Assembly (NCBI GenBank): GCA_964016885.1
Contig: OZ024763.1
Coordinates: 10,292,001-10,356,000 of the forward strand
Reading direction: 5' to 3'
Length of the DNA stretch: 64,000 nucleotides
DNA from: Eledone cirrhosa
Taxonomy: Eukaryota
Shown here piece after piece: positions 31,829-43,789 of the stretch (the stretch's first letter is position 1; the number at the start of each line of letters is the position of its first letter). Both the position numbers and the translations under genes were made by a program. The notes under the pieces were generated by a model that saw only the letters and a list, made by a program, of their open reading frames with translations, made no database searches and was not told the DNA's origin.

Positions 31829-32157
31829 AAATCCTGCCGAGATTAACTTTGCCTTTCATCCTTACGGGGTGAATAAAATAAAGTACCAGTAATACACTGG
31901 GATAATTGCTGGCCTTGTGCCAAAAGTCGAAACATTTATTCTAAACTAAGGGCGGTAGATTGGCATTATTGGTAGAGGGTCGGACGCCATGCTTTGACGT
32001 ACTGAGTTACGGCCCTTTATGATCTGAGTTCAAATCCTGCCGAGGTTAACTTTGCCTTTCATCCTTAAGGCGTCGATAAAATAAAGTACCAGTAATGTAC
32101 TGGGTAATTGCTGGCCTTGTGCCAAAATTAGAAACAATTATTATTATTATTATTATT
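31829..32157 (+). mobile_element. SINE family B: one 5'-truncated copy and one near-full copy in tandem
   Basis: tRNA-like head (GGCATTATTGGTAGAG...GAGTTCAAATCC), central GCCTTTCATCCTT..GTCGATAAAATAAAGTACCAG (resembles the Meta domain), (ATT)n tail. Confidence 0.85.
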
Positions 32158-32371
32158 GTGATTTACAGAGTAATTTATTTAACTGAAAGTATCATTTCAG
32201 TCATCCATTCAGCTGTTTTATTTACAGAGTTTACAAGTTTACCTGTGATCCATCTTGCCTCATTAGTTCTTAAAAAGGAAATATACATACACCGTGCCTC
32301 ACACTTTTAACAGTATCCACGGAAGGAAGAAACTTGTGGATGTCATGAATTATAAATATGAATGTGAATGT

Positions 32372-32706
32372 GGAGGCACATGGGTTAGTGGTTAGAGCAT
32401 TGGCCTTGCAATCGAAAGGTTGAGAGTTCAATTCTCAGACCGGGTGATGTGTTGTTTCCTTGAGCAAGACACTTTATTTCACATTGCTCCAGTTTACTCA
32501 GCTGTAGAAATGGGATGATAGAGACTGGGGTCCCTATCATTCCACTGCAAAGTGGTCGTGTAGGTGCCACGACAAAAAAGCACCCATCACTCACTGTAAA
32601 TGAGGTTGGTGTTAGGAAGGGCATCCAGCTGTAGAAATCAAGCCAGAATCAGTCCCGTCCCACCCTTGCAAGCAGGGAAAAGCGGGCGTAAAAATGATAA
32701 TGATGA
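32372..32706 (+). mobile_element. tRNA-derived CORE-type SINE (family A) with RTE-derived tail
   Basis: A/B boxes (TAGTGGTTAG, GAGTTCAATTCTC), CORE-like CCTTGAGCAAGACACTT..CTCAGCTGTAGAAATGG. The 3' end CCCGTCCCACCCTTGCAAGCAGGGAAAAGCGG matches the RTE end near 39115-39145. Confidence 0.9.
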
Positions 32707-33139
32707 AGCACAGAAACAAAATGACGATGAATCTAAGATTTACTGGAAATGTGAAATGAAGTCCTGAAAAGCTTGAGTCCACACCAGGACTGACGAAGAT
32801 TATACCATAATTAAGCACGTTGGTGAACATCATCATAGTTCATGTGCTTCAAAACCCAAAGTTGACAAAACTTTAGCTGACCTTGCAGGTGTCTTCTCGT
32901 TCATTGTCATTGCTTGTGAAAGGCTTGATGAAAATGAAATGACTCATATGCCCTCCTCTTTGTGTGTGAGTCGCAATATAAGGAACTGGCTTCAAGCAAA
33001 AGTAAGTGCCCCTCCAATACCTCAGCATCGATTTGGTTACGAGATACCCAATGAATACAAGTTCCTTGATAGTGGCAAACTTTTCTTGTAGTTTGATCGT
33101 GGTGAAACTGATGTAGACAGATTGTGTTTGCAATAAAAG

Positions 33140-34390
33140 TGGTCACGACCTGGACCGGTTTAAAAAAGACTTAACTTCTACCTTTAATGAGTTAGGACAA
33201 CAGTAGCTACCAACCTCTCTAGCGTAGATTTCTAGGACATTAATTTAGACCTTCGCACACATACCTTCAGACCCTTCAATAAGCCTAACGAAAAACTCAA
33301 TTACATACACAAGGACTCATGCCAGCCTCCCATTGTCTTTAGAAACTTCGTAAATAATATTAGTACTAGAATCGCTAATCTCTCCTCTAATAATATCTTT
33401 GACAGAACGGCGTTAGCTAACCGGCTTCTCGCAACCAATTACTTACTCCCCCCCAACAACAGCAATAAGAAAAGAAATCGTAACAATAGACAAACTATCT
33501 GGTTCTCTCCTCCCTTCTCTCTCAACGTTAAAACTAATGTAGGAAAAGTTTTTTTTAGCTCTCTTACATAAACACTTTCCAATAGGTCACAAATACCGCT
33601 CCATCTTTAACAGACACAGAGTAAAACTAGGGTACTCCTGCGCTAAGCATATGAAGGCCCACATCACCAAGTCCTAAGAGCGGTACCCCACCAGGATGCT
33701 CTTGCCAAAAGCCTGAAGCTTGTCCCCTTCAACAGCAATGTAACACACCCGCTGTAGTTTATGAAACTGTGGTCACTTCCAACCAAGCAAATCAACAACA
33801 AGAGGTCAAATCCTATGTGGATATGGCGGAGGGCCGATTTAAGGAACGCTTCCTGAACCACCAGTCGACCTTTAGGTACCCGGACAGACGTTCATCCACG
33901 AAACTCACGAGCCATGTATGGTCCCTCAAGGACTCAGGTATAGACTACTCCATTCAATGGAAAGCCATCACTAAGCTCAAGCCATACACTAGGGGAAATC
34001 CGTCATGTGGACGGTGTATTGAAGAAAGGATAAATATTCTAAAGGGATTACGCAATAGCGATTGCCTAAATTCAAGAAATGAAATCTTCTCACGTTGTCC
34101 ACATGTCTGGAAACACCTCTTGGATAACTACAAAGCTCCAGATTGAATAACAATAACATTCTAATTTTCTAATCAACTCAAAACATCTTTTCCGGACTTT
34201 CGCAGTTATCTCCCTTATACCTCTCGCACGCAATTTAGTATTGCCTGAGGGAAGTGACCGTTTCTGCGCATGCACGTTCGTACGGTTGTCCTTCCTGTTC
34301 CGTATAACTATGACCAGTATCAGCTGAAGATCCGCTAAGGTGAAACAATTGTTCTCGGTATGGTGAACTAACTGTTGTGTTAACACTTCT
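33140..34390 (+). mobile_element. 5'-truncated, decayed Penelope-like element (Neptune-type): RT C-terminus, linker, GIY-YIG endonuclease and pLTR
   Basis: Interrupted frames read DINLDLRTHTFRPFNKPNEKLNYIHKDSCQPP and IWFSPPFSLNVKTNVGKVF. ORF 33769-34146 reads KSYVDMAEGRFKERFLNH..CGRCIEER..LNSRNEIFSRCPH. Confidence 0.9.
34313..34364 (+). ncRNA. Minimal type I hammerhead motif in the PLE 3' UTR
   Basis: CTGAAGA-TCCGCTAAGGT-GAAA, palindromic stem III ACAATTGT, GUU triplet. Stems I and II are imperfect. Confidence 0.65.
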
Positions 34391-34542
34391 ATATATATAT
34401 ATATTGAAGAGTTAAACAATATTCAATGATTACATCAAAGAATGAGTTTTACAGTAGATTGGAAGCACTCTACGGTAAATAATTTTCCGGAGTTATTAAT
34501 ATTAAAATACAAATATTAATAAAATAGATGTTCTTTTGATCA

Positions 34543-34605
34543 ATTACATTTTATTATACATATTTCAGATGTACAACAGTATGTCCTCATCAGACAAAAT
34601 ATAAT
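34543..34605 (-). ncRNA. Type I hammerhead motif (left arm)
   Basis: Minus strand: ATTATATTTTGT-CTGATGA-GGACATACTGTTGTACATCT-GAAA-TATGTATA-ATAAAATGTAAT. Confidence 0.65.
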
Positions 34606-35108
34606 GATACATGACATACCCTGAGATGTTAAATGGTTAAGATTTAATCAAGGTAGTGATTAACCTAAGAGAAAATTTAACATTTATACCCTAATAATGA
34701 GAAAATGCGAAAACGTAATAAATTCAATAGAGAATGTGTGAGTAAGAAAAACGTTGCTTAATGTAACAGTTATAGAGATTTTAAAATGTATGATACTACA
34801 ATTTATCTAGGAAAGCATTTCGTGAATTAATGTATATAACTTGATTAACTTCATTAAAGATTACATTTACGAAAATATTCAACAGTGTAAACTTTCCTTA
34901 TTAATGGCCAGCTAAATCCTTTAAATGTTATCCTCAAAAAATTCAGAAGCTTAGAAATGTTAACACACTTATAAAATTTACAAAACTAATATATAAATAA
35001 CCACCAATTTTTAAAAAAAACCTAAATTCTTGATTCTTCACCCTAAGATAACATGAATTAGATATTTTCAAACTTAACCATTTAACATCTCAGGGTATGT
35101 CATGTATC

Positions 35109-35171
35109 ATTATATTTTGTCTGATGAGGACGTATTGTTGTACATCCGAAATATGTATAATAAAATGTAAT
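35109..35171 (+). ncRNA. Type I hammerhead motif (right arm)
   Basis: ATTATATTTTGT-CTGATGA-GGACGTA(TTGTTG)TACATCC-GAAA-T(ATGT)ATA^ATAAAATGTAAT; 12-bp stem I with GU pairs, AUA triplet. Confidence 0.75.
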
Positions 35172-35172
35172 T

Positions 35173-35443
35173 GGAGGTACATGGCTTAGTGGTTAGAGCA
35201 TTGGCCTAGCAATCAAAAGGGTGTGAGTTCAATTATAAAGACCGGGTGATGTGTTGTTCCCTTGAGCAAGACACTTTATTTCACATTGCTCCAGTTTACT
35301 CAGCTGTAGAAATGAGATGATAGGACTGGGGTCCATATCATTCCACTGCAAAGTGGTTGTGGAGGTGCCACGGCAAAAAAGCACCCAGCGCTCGCTGTAA
35401 ATGAGGTTGATGTTAGGAAGGGCATCCAGCTGTATAAATCAAG
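35173..35443 (+). mobile_element. SINE family A, 3'-truncated
   Basis: Colinear with 32372-32643. Confidence 0.9.
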
Positions 35444-36141
35444 CATATATATACATACATATATATATATATATATATACATATATATACATACATATAT
35501 ATATACACATATATATGTATATATATATGTGTATATATATATATATGTGTATATATATGTATATGTGTATATATATGTATATATGTGTATATATTTGTAT
35601 ATATATGTATATGTGTGTGTGTATATATATGTATATATATATGTATATATACATATATATAAACATATATATACATATACACACATATATACATGGACAC
35701 ACTGGAAGAGGAAGACCAAGGTTAACGTATGTTGATGCCCTAAGGACAGACACTGGTCTGTTGGAGACGCAGGACATGGCAGCGATAATGAGGAACAGAG
35801 ACCGCTGGAGAGAACTCGTCCATGGATCTCAGGAATTTTACCCACACTAGAATATATACATATACACACATATATATATATATACCTATATATACATATA
35901 TAAATATATACACATATTTATATATATATATATATACCTATATATACACGTATATATATATATATATACCTATATATATATATATACCTATATATATATA
36001 TATACCTATATATATATATATATACCTATATACATATATATATAATATATACATATATATATATATACACAGGAACCAGTAAGACCCCGACAGCTGAGCT
36101 CAAGCCGTTTCGACGGCTAATTCTATATATATTTATAATTC

Positions 36142-36178
<37 letters not shown>

Positions 36179-36264
36179 ATATATATATATACCTATATAT
36201 ATATATACATATATATATAATATATACATATATATATACACATATATATATATATATATATATA
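35444..36264. repeat. Compound TA/TACA/TATG microsatellite with small TE fragments
   Basis: Low-complexity runs. An RTE-type C-terminal fragment ([23 protein letters not shown]) lies at 35693-35820. Confidence 0.9.
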
Positions 36265-37098
36265 CATCATCATTTACCGTCCGCTTTTCCCTGCTTGCAA
36301 GGGTGGGACGGGTCTTATTCAGCACAGCATCTCTCCACTCGTCACGGTCCTTCATCATCACTACCATGAGCTTCAACGATCTGAGGTCTGTTCTCACCAC
36401 CTCCGCCCATGTTTTTCGTGGTCTACCTCTACCATGTCTTCATTTAACTGGCATTTCCTGGCACTTCTTCACCCATCGGTCATCCTCCATGCGCATCACA
36501 TGTCCATACCACCTCAGTCTCCTCTCCCGTACACTACATTCTATCCCTCTCAGACAGTTTCTCTCTCAACGCATTCATGCTGGGTCGTTCACGCACATTT
36601 ACACTGCACATCCAACGGAGCATGCTTGCCTCATTTCTCTCCAGCCGTCGCATATCCTCTGCGGTTGCTGCCCATGTCTCACTACCATGCAGCATCGCGC
36701 TCCTCACACAGGCATCATAACCGGCCTTTCATACGCAGGGAGAAACCTTTCTTCATCAGCAGAGGAAGCAGCTCTCTAAACTTCTTCCAACCTGTCATTC
36801 TAGATACTATGGCCTCGAAACACCCCCCTCCCATGCTAATCTGATCTCCTAGGTACCGGAAGCTATCCACCACTTCTACAGCACCCTCCTGCATTTGAAA
36901 AATGTCTATCAGTGCAACTTCTACTGTCTAATTTCCCTGTACATCTACTGCATATGTATTTCTCCCTCCCTGTTAGTTTGCCTGCTATCCCGCTACATCT
37001 CTTGTGTACCAAGGATCTGCATTGTGTGCATTTTATAGAATTTATGCCAGTTCCTTTTCTGCATATCAAACATGGCCATTGCCCTGATGGAAGAGTTT
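36265..37098 (-). mobile_element. 5'-truncated RTE LINE copy with frameshifts
   Basis: Highly similar to 39085-39945, with small deletions and an (ATG)n tail. Confidence 0.92.
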
Positions 37099-37108
37099 TT
37101 ATATATAG

Positions 37109-37192
<84 letters not shown>

Positions 37193-37196
<4 letters not shown>

Positions 37197-37739
37197 GTTG
37201 GTGCATAATTATTGTGGCTTTTTTTCAACAAATTTTATTTAATAAAAACAATAACAATATTTAACAAAAGCATCTTTAAATGGCGGGGTTTTCTCTTTTC
37301 AGAATGCATATCAAAAATCCTATCCACATTCGTCATATTATGCTCTACCGCTTCGAGAAAGGTTGGAATGCAGCCTCAGTCATTTCACGATCTCAATGAA
37401 CTTTTTGGTGAAGGAACAACCAGCAAAAGCCAAGTTGAAAGATGGTTCAGGAAGTTCAAATTGGGCGATACAAACCTCGCAGATGAAGAAGGAAGAGGTC
37501 AACCATCAAATTTCAATGACCGGGCACTTTTGGCAGCCGTGGAAGAGGAGGAAAGCTTGACAACGAGAATGTTGGCCGAAGACTTCAATGTGGACCATTC
37601 GACCATCGTTCGTCATCTCAAAAAGGTCGGAAAAGTATGGAAATTGGCTGGGTGTGTCCCCCATGAACTCTCCGATAACAACAAAGCCGAACGTGTCCGA
37701 ATTTTTACCGATTTGCCGCAATAATTATGCACCAACCCA

Positions 37740-37740
<1 letters not shown>
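37193..37740 (+). mobile_element. Internally deleted mariner (Hsmar1/cecropia-like TIRs)
   Basis: TIR TTGGGTTGGTGCATAATTATTG(T/C)GGC at both ends, flanked by TA. Encodes a transposase N-terminus (ERWFRKFK..GRG.P..CVPHELS) with no DDD domain. Confidence 0.93.
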
Positions 37741-37772
<32 letters not shown>

Positions 37773-37958
37773 CACACACGTATACACGTATATATATATA
37801 TTATATACACACATATATATATACACACACACACGTATATATATATATATATATACACACATATATTTTACACGTATATATATATATATATATACATACA
37901 CATGTATATATATATATATATATACATACACATGTATATATATATATATATATACATA

Positions 37959-38057
<99 letters not shown>

Positions 38058-38961
38058 ACACATATATATATATATATACATACATACACATATATATATA
38101 TATATATATACATACATACATACACATATATATATATATATACATACATACATACACATATATATATATATATACATACATACATACACATATATATATA
38201 TATATACATACATACACACACATATATATATATATATATACATACATACATACACATATATATATATATATATACATACATACATACACATATATATATA
38301 TATATATACATACATACATACACATATATATATATATATACATACATACATACACATATATATATATATATACATACATACATACACATATATATATATA
38401 TATACATACATACACATATATATATATATATATACATACACATATATATATATATATACATACATACACATATATATATATATACATACATACACATATA
38501 TATATATATATATATACATACATACACATATATATATATATATATATACATACATACACATATATATATATACATACATACACATATATATATATATATA
38601 TATACATACATACACATATATATATATATACATACATACACATATATATATATATACATACATACACATATATATATATATATATATACATACACATATA
38701 TATATATATATATATACATACACATATATATATATATATATACATACACATATATATATATACATATATATACATACATACACATATATATATATATACA
38801 TATATACATACATACACATATATATATATACATATATATACATACATACACATATATATATATATATATATATACATACATACACATATATATACATACA
38901 TACATACATACACATATATATATACATACATACATACACATATATATATATATATATACAC

Positions 38962-38998
<37 letters not shown>

Positions 38999-39084
38999 TA
39001 TATATATACACACACATATATATATATATACACGTATATATATATATACACATGCATATATATCTATATACATACATACACGTA
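37741..39084. repeat. ~1.3-kb compound (TA)n/(TACA)n microsatellite
   Basis: Direct inspection. Confidence 0.97.
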
Positions 39085-40415
39085 TCATCATCATCATCAT
39101 CATCATTTTACGTCCGCTTTTCCCTGCTTGCAAGGGTGGGACGGGTCTTATTCAGCACAGCATCTCTCCACTCGTCACGGTCCCTCGTCATCTCCACCGT
39201 GAGCTTCAATGATCTGAGGTCTGTTCTCACCACCTCCGCCCATGTTTTTCGTGGTCTACCTCTACCACGTCTTCCTTCAACTGGCATTTCCTGGCACTTC
39301 TTCACCCATCGGTCATCCTCCATGCGCATCACATGTCCATACCACCTCAGTCTCCTCTCCCGTACACTACATTCTATCCCTCTCAGACACAGTTTCTCTC
39401 TCAACACATTTATGCTGGGTCGTTCACGCACATTTACACTGCACATCCAACGGAGCATGCTTGCCTCATTTCTCTCCAGCCGTCGCATATCTTCTGCGGT
39501 TGCTGCCCATGTCTCACTACCATGCAGCATCGCGCTCATCACACAGGCATCATACAACCGGCCTTTCGTACGCAGGGAGAAACCCTTCTTTGTCAACAGA
39601 GGAAGCAGCTCCCTAAACTTCTTCCAACCCGTCCTTATTCTAGATACTATGGCCTCGGAACACCCTCCTCCCATGCTAATCTGATCTCCTAGGTACCGGA
39701 AGCTATCCACCACTTCTATAGCGCCCTCTCGCATTTGAAAAATGTGTCTATCAGTGCGACTTCTACTGTCTAATTTCCCTGTACATCTACTGCATACATA
39801 TTTCTCCCTACCTGTTAGTTTGCCTGCTATCCCGCTACATCTCTTGTGTACCCAGGACCTACATTGTGTGCATTTTATAGAATTTATGCCAGTTCCTTTT
39901 CTGCATATCGAACATGGCCATTTCCCTGACGGAATCAGGGTTTTGTCCTCTTTTCTACTCATCAACACTTTTGTCTTAGCTAGATTTACTCTCAGTCCTC
40001 TTGCTTCCAACTGCTGTTTCCATAGCCGGAATTTATTCTCTAGCTCCTCTACTGATTCTGCCATAAGAGCCAGATCGTCAGCATAGAGAAGTTCCCATGG
40101 ACAGCCAGTCTTAAACTCCTCTGTTATGGCTTGGAGGACTATAATGAACAAGAGCGGGCTGAGGACCGAACCCTGATGTACTCCTACTTGTATCTGGAAT
40201 TCCTCACTAAACTCCATTCCTACCCTGACTTTACTGAGAGTACCTCTGTACAAAGTTTGCACTGTCCTTACAAGCCATTCCTCAACACCCAGCTTCCTTA
40301 GGGACCACCAGATGACAGATCGGGGTACCCTATCAAAGGCCTTCTCTAGGTCAACAAAGGCTAAGTATAGTGGCTTATTCTTCTCTAAGAACCTCTCTTG
40401 CATTTGTCTCACCAA
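39085..40415 (-). mobile_element. 5'-truncated RTE LINE with an uninterrupted ~430-codon RT C-terminal ORF containing a PHD-like finger
   Basis: [60 protein letters not shown]; (ATG)n tail. Confidence 0.96.
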
Positions 40416-40564
40416 TATATATATATACGTATGTATATATATTTGTCTCACCAATATATATATATATAGGTATGTATATATATATATACATATGCACACA
40501 CATATCTATATATGCATGTATATATATATATATATATATATATATTCGGGGTTGTGTCAGGTAA

Positions 40565-42235
40565 AAGTACCAGACGCTCTTTTCATTGTACGACAACTAC
40601 AGGAGAAGTACCTAGCTAAAAGTAAACCCCTATACTTAGTTTTTGTTGACTTGGAGAAAGCCTTTGACAGAGTCCCCCGGTCCATTATCTGGTGGGCGCT
40701 TAGAAAACTAGGTGTTGATGAATGGCTTGTGAGAGCTATACAAGCCATGTATAAAGAAACAGTCAGCAAGGTTAGAATTAACAACGAATATAGTGAAGAG
40801 TTTAGCGTAAAAGTTGGTGTTCATCAGGGCTTCGTTCTTAGCCCCCTACTATTTATTATTGCCCTTCAGGCTATAACAGAGGAGTTCAAGACCGGCTGCC
40901 CATGGGAACTCCTATATGCAGATGATCTAACGCTCATAGTTGAATCAATGGTTGAACTAGAGAAGAAATTCCAAACATGGAAGCATGGCCTAGAATCAAA
41001 AGGCCTTAAAGTTAACTTGTCTAAGACTAAAGTTCTAGTTTGTAGGAAGGAAAATAGGGCACCGGTCCCATCTGGGAAATGGCCATGCTCAGTGTGTAGG
41101 AAAGGAGTAGGCAGAAACTCCATTTTATGTCCCAAATGCAAAGTATGCATAAAAGATGTAGTGGGATCACAGGTAAGCTAACTAAGAATATAGATTTTAT
41201 ATGTGGCCGGTGCTCAGGTGCAATAAGTATCAGCAAGTGCCCACAGAATACTAGCTCATTCCATTGCCCAGATGGTTCTATAGAAATAGTGGACACCTTC
41301 CGTTACCTGAGTGACAAAATCAGCAGTGGGGGAGGGTGCTCTGAAAGTACAGTAGCTAGAGTCAGAACGGGATGGAAAAAGTTCAGAGAACTTATACCAC
41401 TATTAGCCGCTAAAGGGTTCTCTCTAAAAATGAAAGGCAGACTGTATGATGCCTGCATACGAACAGCAATGTTATATGGCAGTGAGACCTGGGCATTGTG
41501 TGCAGAGGATATACGCAGACTGGAGAGAAACGAAGCTTGCATGCTCCACTGGATGTGTAATAGTAATATATGTGAACGGTAAAGCATAAACTAAGGGAGA
41601 AATCAGGAATAAGAGGGATCAGATGTTGTTTACTCGAGAGAAGACTACATTGGTATGGTCACGTGATGCGCATGAAAGACAACAGCGGTATAAAAAAGTG
41701 CAGGGCGATAAAAATAGACGGTAGCCACGGAGTAGGCAGACCCAGAAAAACCTGGGATGACCTGATAAATTCCGACCTCACACACTTACACCTCTCTAAG
41801 ACAATGTCACTGGACCGAGATCTTTGGCGCTACGCAGTCATACAGAAGACCCGCCTTGCCTAAGTGCAAAGCGAAACCTACAGTCAGTAGTTACCTCTAA
41901 GAAAATACACCCCCATCCCACTACTCCCACCCCCTTAAATGTGAAGTTATGTTGGTACCACAACATCCAGTCCGAAACAAATGAGGTTGTGTAGGTGTCA
42001 CGACAAAAAAAAAAACACACAGTCCACGCTGTAATGTGGCCGTGTAGGTAACACGGTAAAAACCTCCCAGTCCACACTGTAAACGTGGTTGGTGTTAGGA
42101 AGGGCATCCAGCCGTAGAAAACCCGCCAGACAGTCCTATACGAGCAGGACAACAAATCTTGCCTCAAGTGGAAAAACTCCCGTCCAAACCCATGCAAGCG
42201 TGGGAGATGGACGTTAAATGATGATGATGATGATA
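40565..42235 (+). mobile_element. 5'-truncated RTE LINE of a related subfamily, decayed, with long 3' region and (ATG)n tail
   Basis: ORFs 40312-41181, 41127-41582 and 41663-41863 carry the same RT motifs, joined by frameshifts. Confidence 0.95.
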
Positions 42236-42250
42236 TATAATATATATATA

Positions 42251-42437
42251 AGTTTATCCCGGGTTCAATCGGGGGTAACCACAGTAAGTAAAGTACTCAA
42301 TACATAGAGTATAAATATTTATTATAGAAATGGCTTCTACAGGACTAGAACTGTTTCAGTCAGGAGAAATCACCAGGAAGTCGACTGTCCAACTTCATCA
42401 ATCGGCTTCCTGATGAAGCCATTTCTATATTAAATAT
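42251..42437 (-). mobile_element. Short PLE/retrozyme-like terminus with a degenerate HHR and an inverted, internally deleted copy
   Basis: Minus 42332-42382: GACTTC-CTGGTGA-N12-GAAA-CAG(TTCTAGTC)CTG-TA^GAAGCC. Plus 42402-42437: CGGCTTC-CTGATGA fused to AGCCATTTCTATA. Confidence 0.7.
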
Positions 42438-42442
42438 ATATT

Positions 42443-42477
<35 letters not shown>

Positions 42478-42659
42478 CATCATCACTGTTTAATGTCCAT
42501 TTTTACCAGGCTGACATGGGTTAGATGAATTATCCTGTTGTGAGCAATGTCAGGTTACGTGACCATGTCTTGTTCATACATAACCGATTTTGGCTTGGTT
42601 TCTACAGCAGGATGCGCTACCTAGAGCCAACCTCAATATATGTGCGTGCGTGTGTCTGT

Positions 42660-42700
<41 letters not shown>

Positions 42701-43789
42701 GTATGAGGTTTGTCCAAAAGTAAGGGTACTGATTTTCCTATGTACGACATGGTAACTCAGCACCTCGATCTTTATAGGTGTGTTAGTTCTGACCTTAGCT
42801 GCACGTACATACTTGTTTCAACACAATTTATTCAGTCGTCTCATATGTACATATACAGTGCACGCCCGGCATTTGCAGTCCCAGTTATCCGCAGAATTTT
42901 ACTTAGAACCTAACTAATAATTGTTTGTGGAAACCACCGCATATTCGCGTAATTGTAAATATCTTCTGCGATTTTTTAATGGCTTTTTGGTGGCAATATT
43001 TATTTTTTCCCCTTTTTTAATGCTGAATTATTAATAACAATAAACCATATTTTCCATTATGTTTTGAGGTTTATAGGCATTTCTATGGACCACGTCCAAT
43101 ATTCACAGATCTTCAATCTTCACAGATGCTCTAGGAACGTAGCCCCAGCGAAAACCAGGGAACAGCTATATATATGTATGTGTGTATCAGTGCATATGTG
43201 TCTGTTTATATATAGTTATATCTAGGAAGTGTCATGTTGCCAATAAAAACACACGCACTATTTGTGTTTCAATTCAGTTTATTATTAGTGAAGTAAGTAA
43301 TCCAGTATCAGTTAGTTTAGTAACGACATGGTTGTTAACATAAACTCTTTTGTCACACATCCTGTAACCTTCTCAATAACAATTAAAAGTAAAACTCAAC
43401 TGTTGTGAGGTTTTATTGGCAGCATGACACTCCCAATGTATAACAATAAATATATATAAACACAATTTTATATACATATATATATATACATACATACGTA
43501 TATACATACACACATACACATATACTCACACACAAATTTATATATATATATATATATATATACGTGCTTATATATACATTCATATATATATCATCATTTT
43601 ACGTTCGCTTTTCCCTGCTTGCAGTGTATATATATGTATCCACAAATATATACTCATACATATATACATACATTCAGACACACATACACACACACACACA
43701 CACATATGTATCATCATCAACGTATATATATATATATATATATATATTGTTATATACATATATACAGTAATATATATACATAAGTGTAT

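Larger units (their letters stand above)
34541..35173. repeat. ~100-bp inverted repeat pair (34541-34641 and 35073-35173), each arm carrying an HHR
   Basis: Arms are reverse complements with about three mismatches and a ~430-bp AT-rich spacer. Confidence 0.9.

Noticed and set aside
32372-32445. Functional tRNA gene
   Set aside because: It is a SINE head continuing into CORE and RTE tail, with no proper acceptor stem.
32720-33135. Possible coding remnant on minus (ORFs 32873-33146)
   Set aside because: No recognisable motif; needs BLASTX.
42703-43170. Mariner-like TIR fragment and Tigger-like MITE
   Set aside because: Termini too degenerate to pair confidently.
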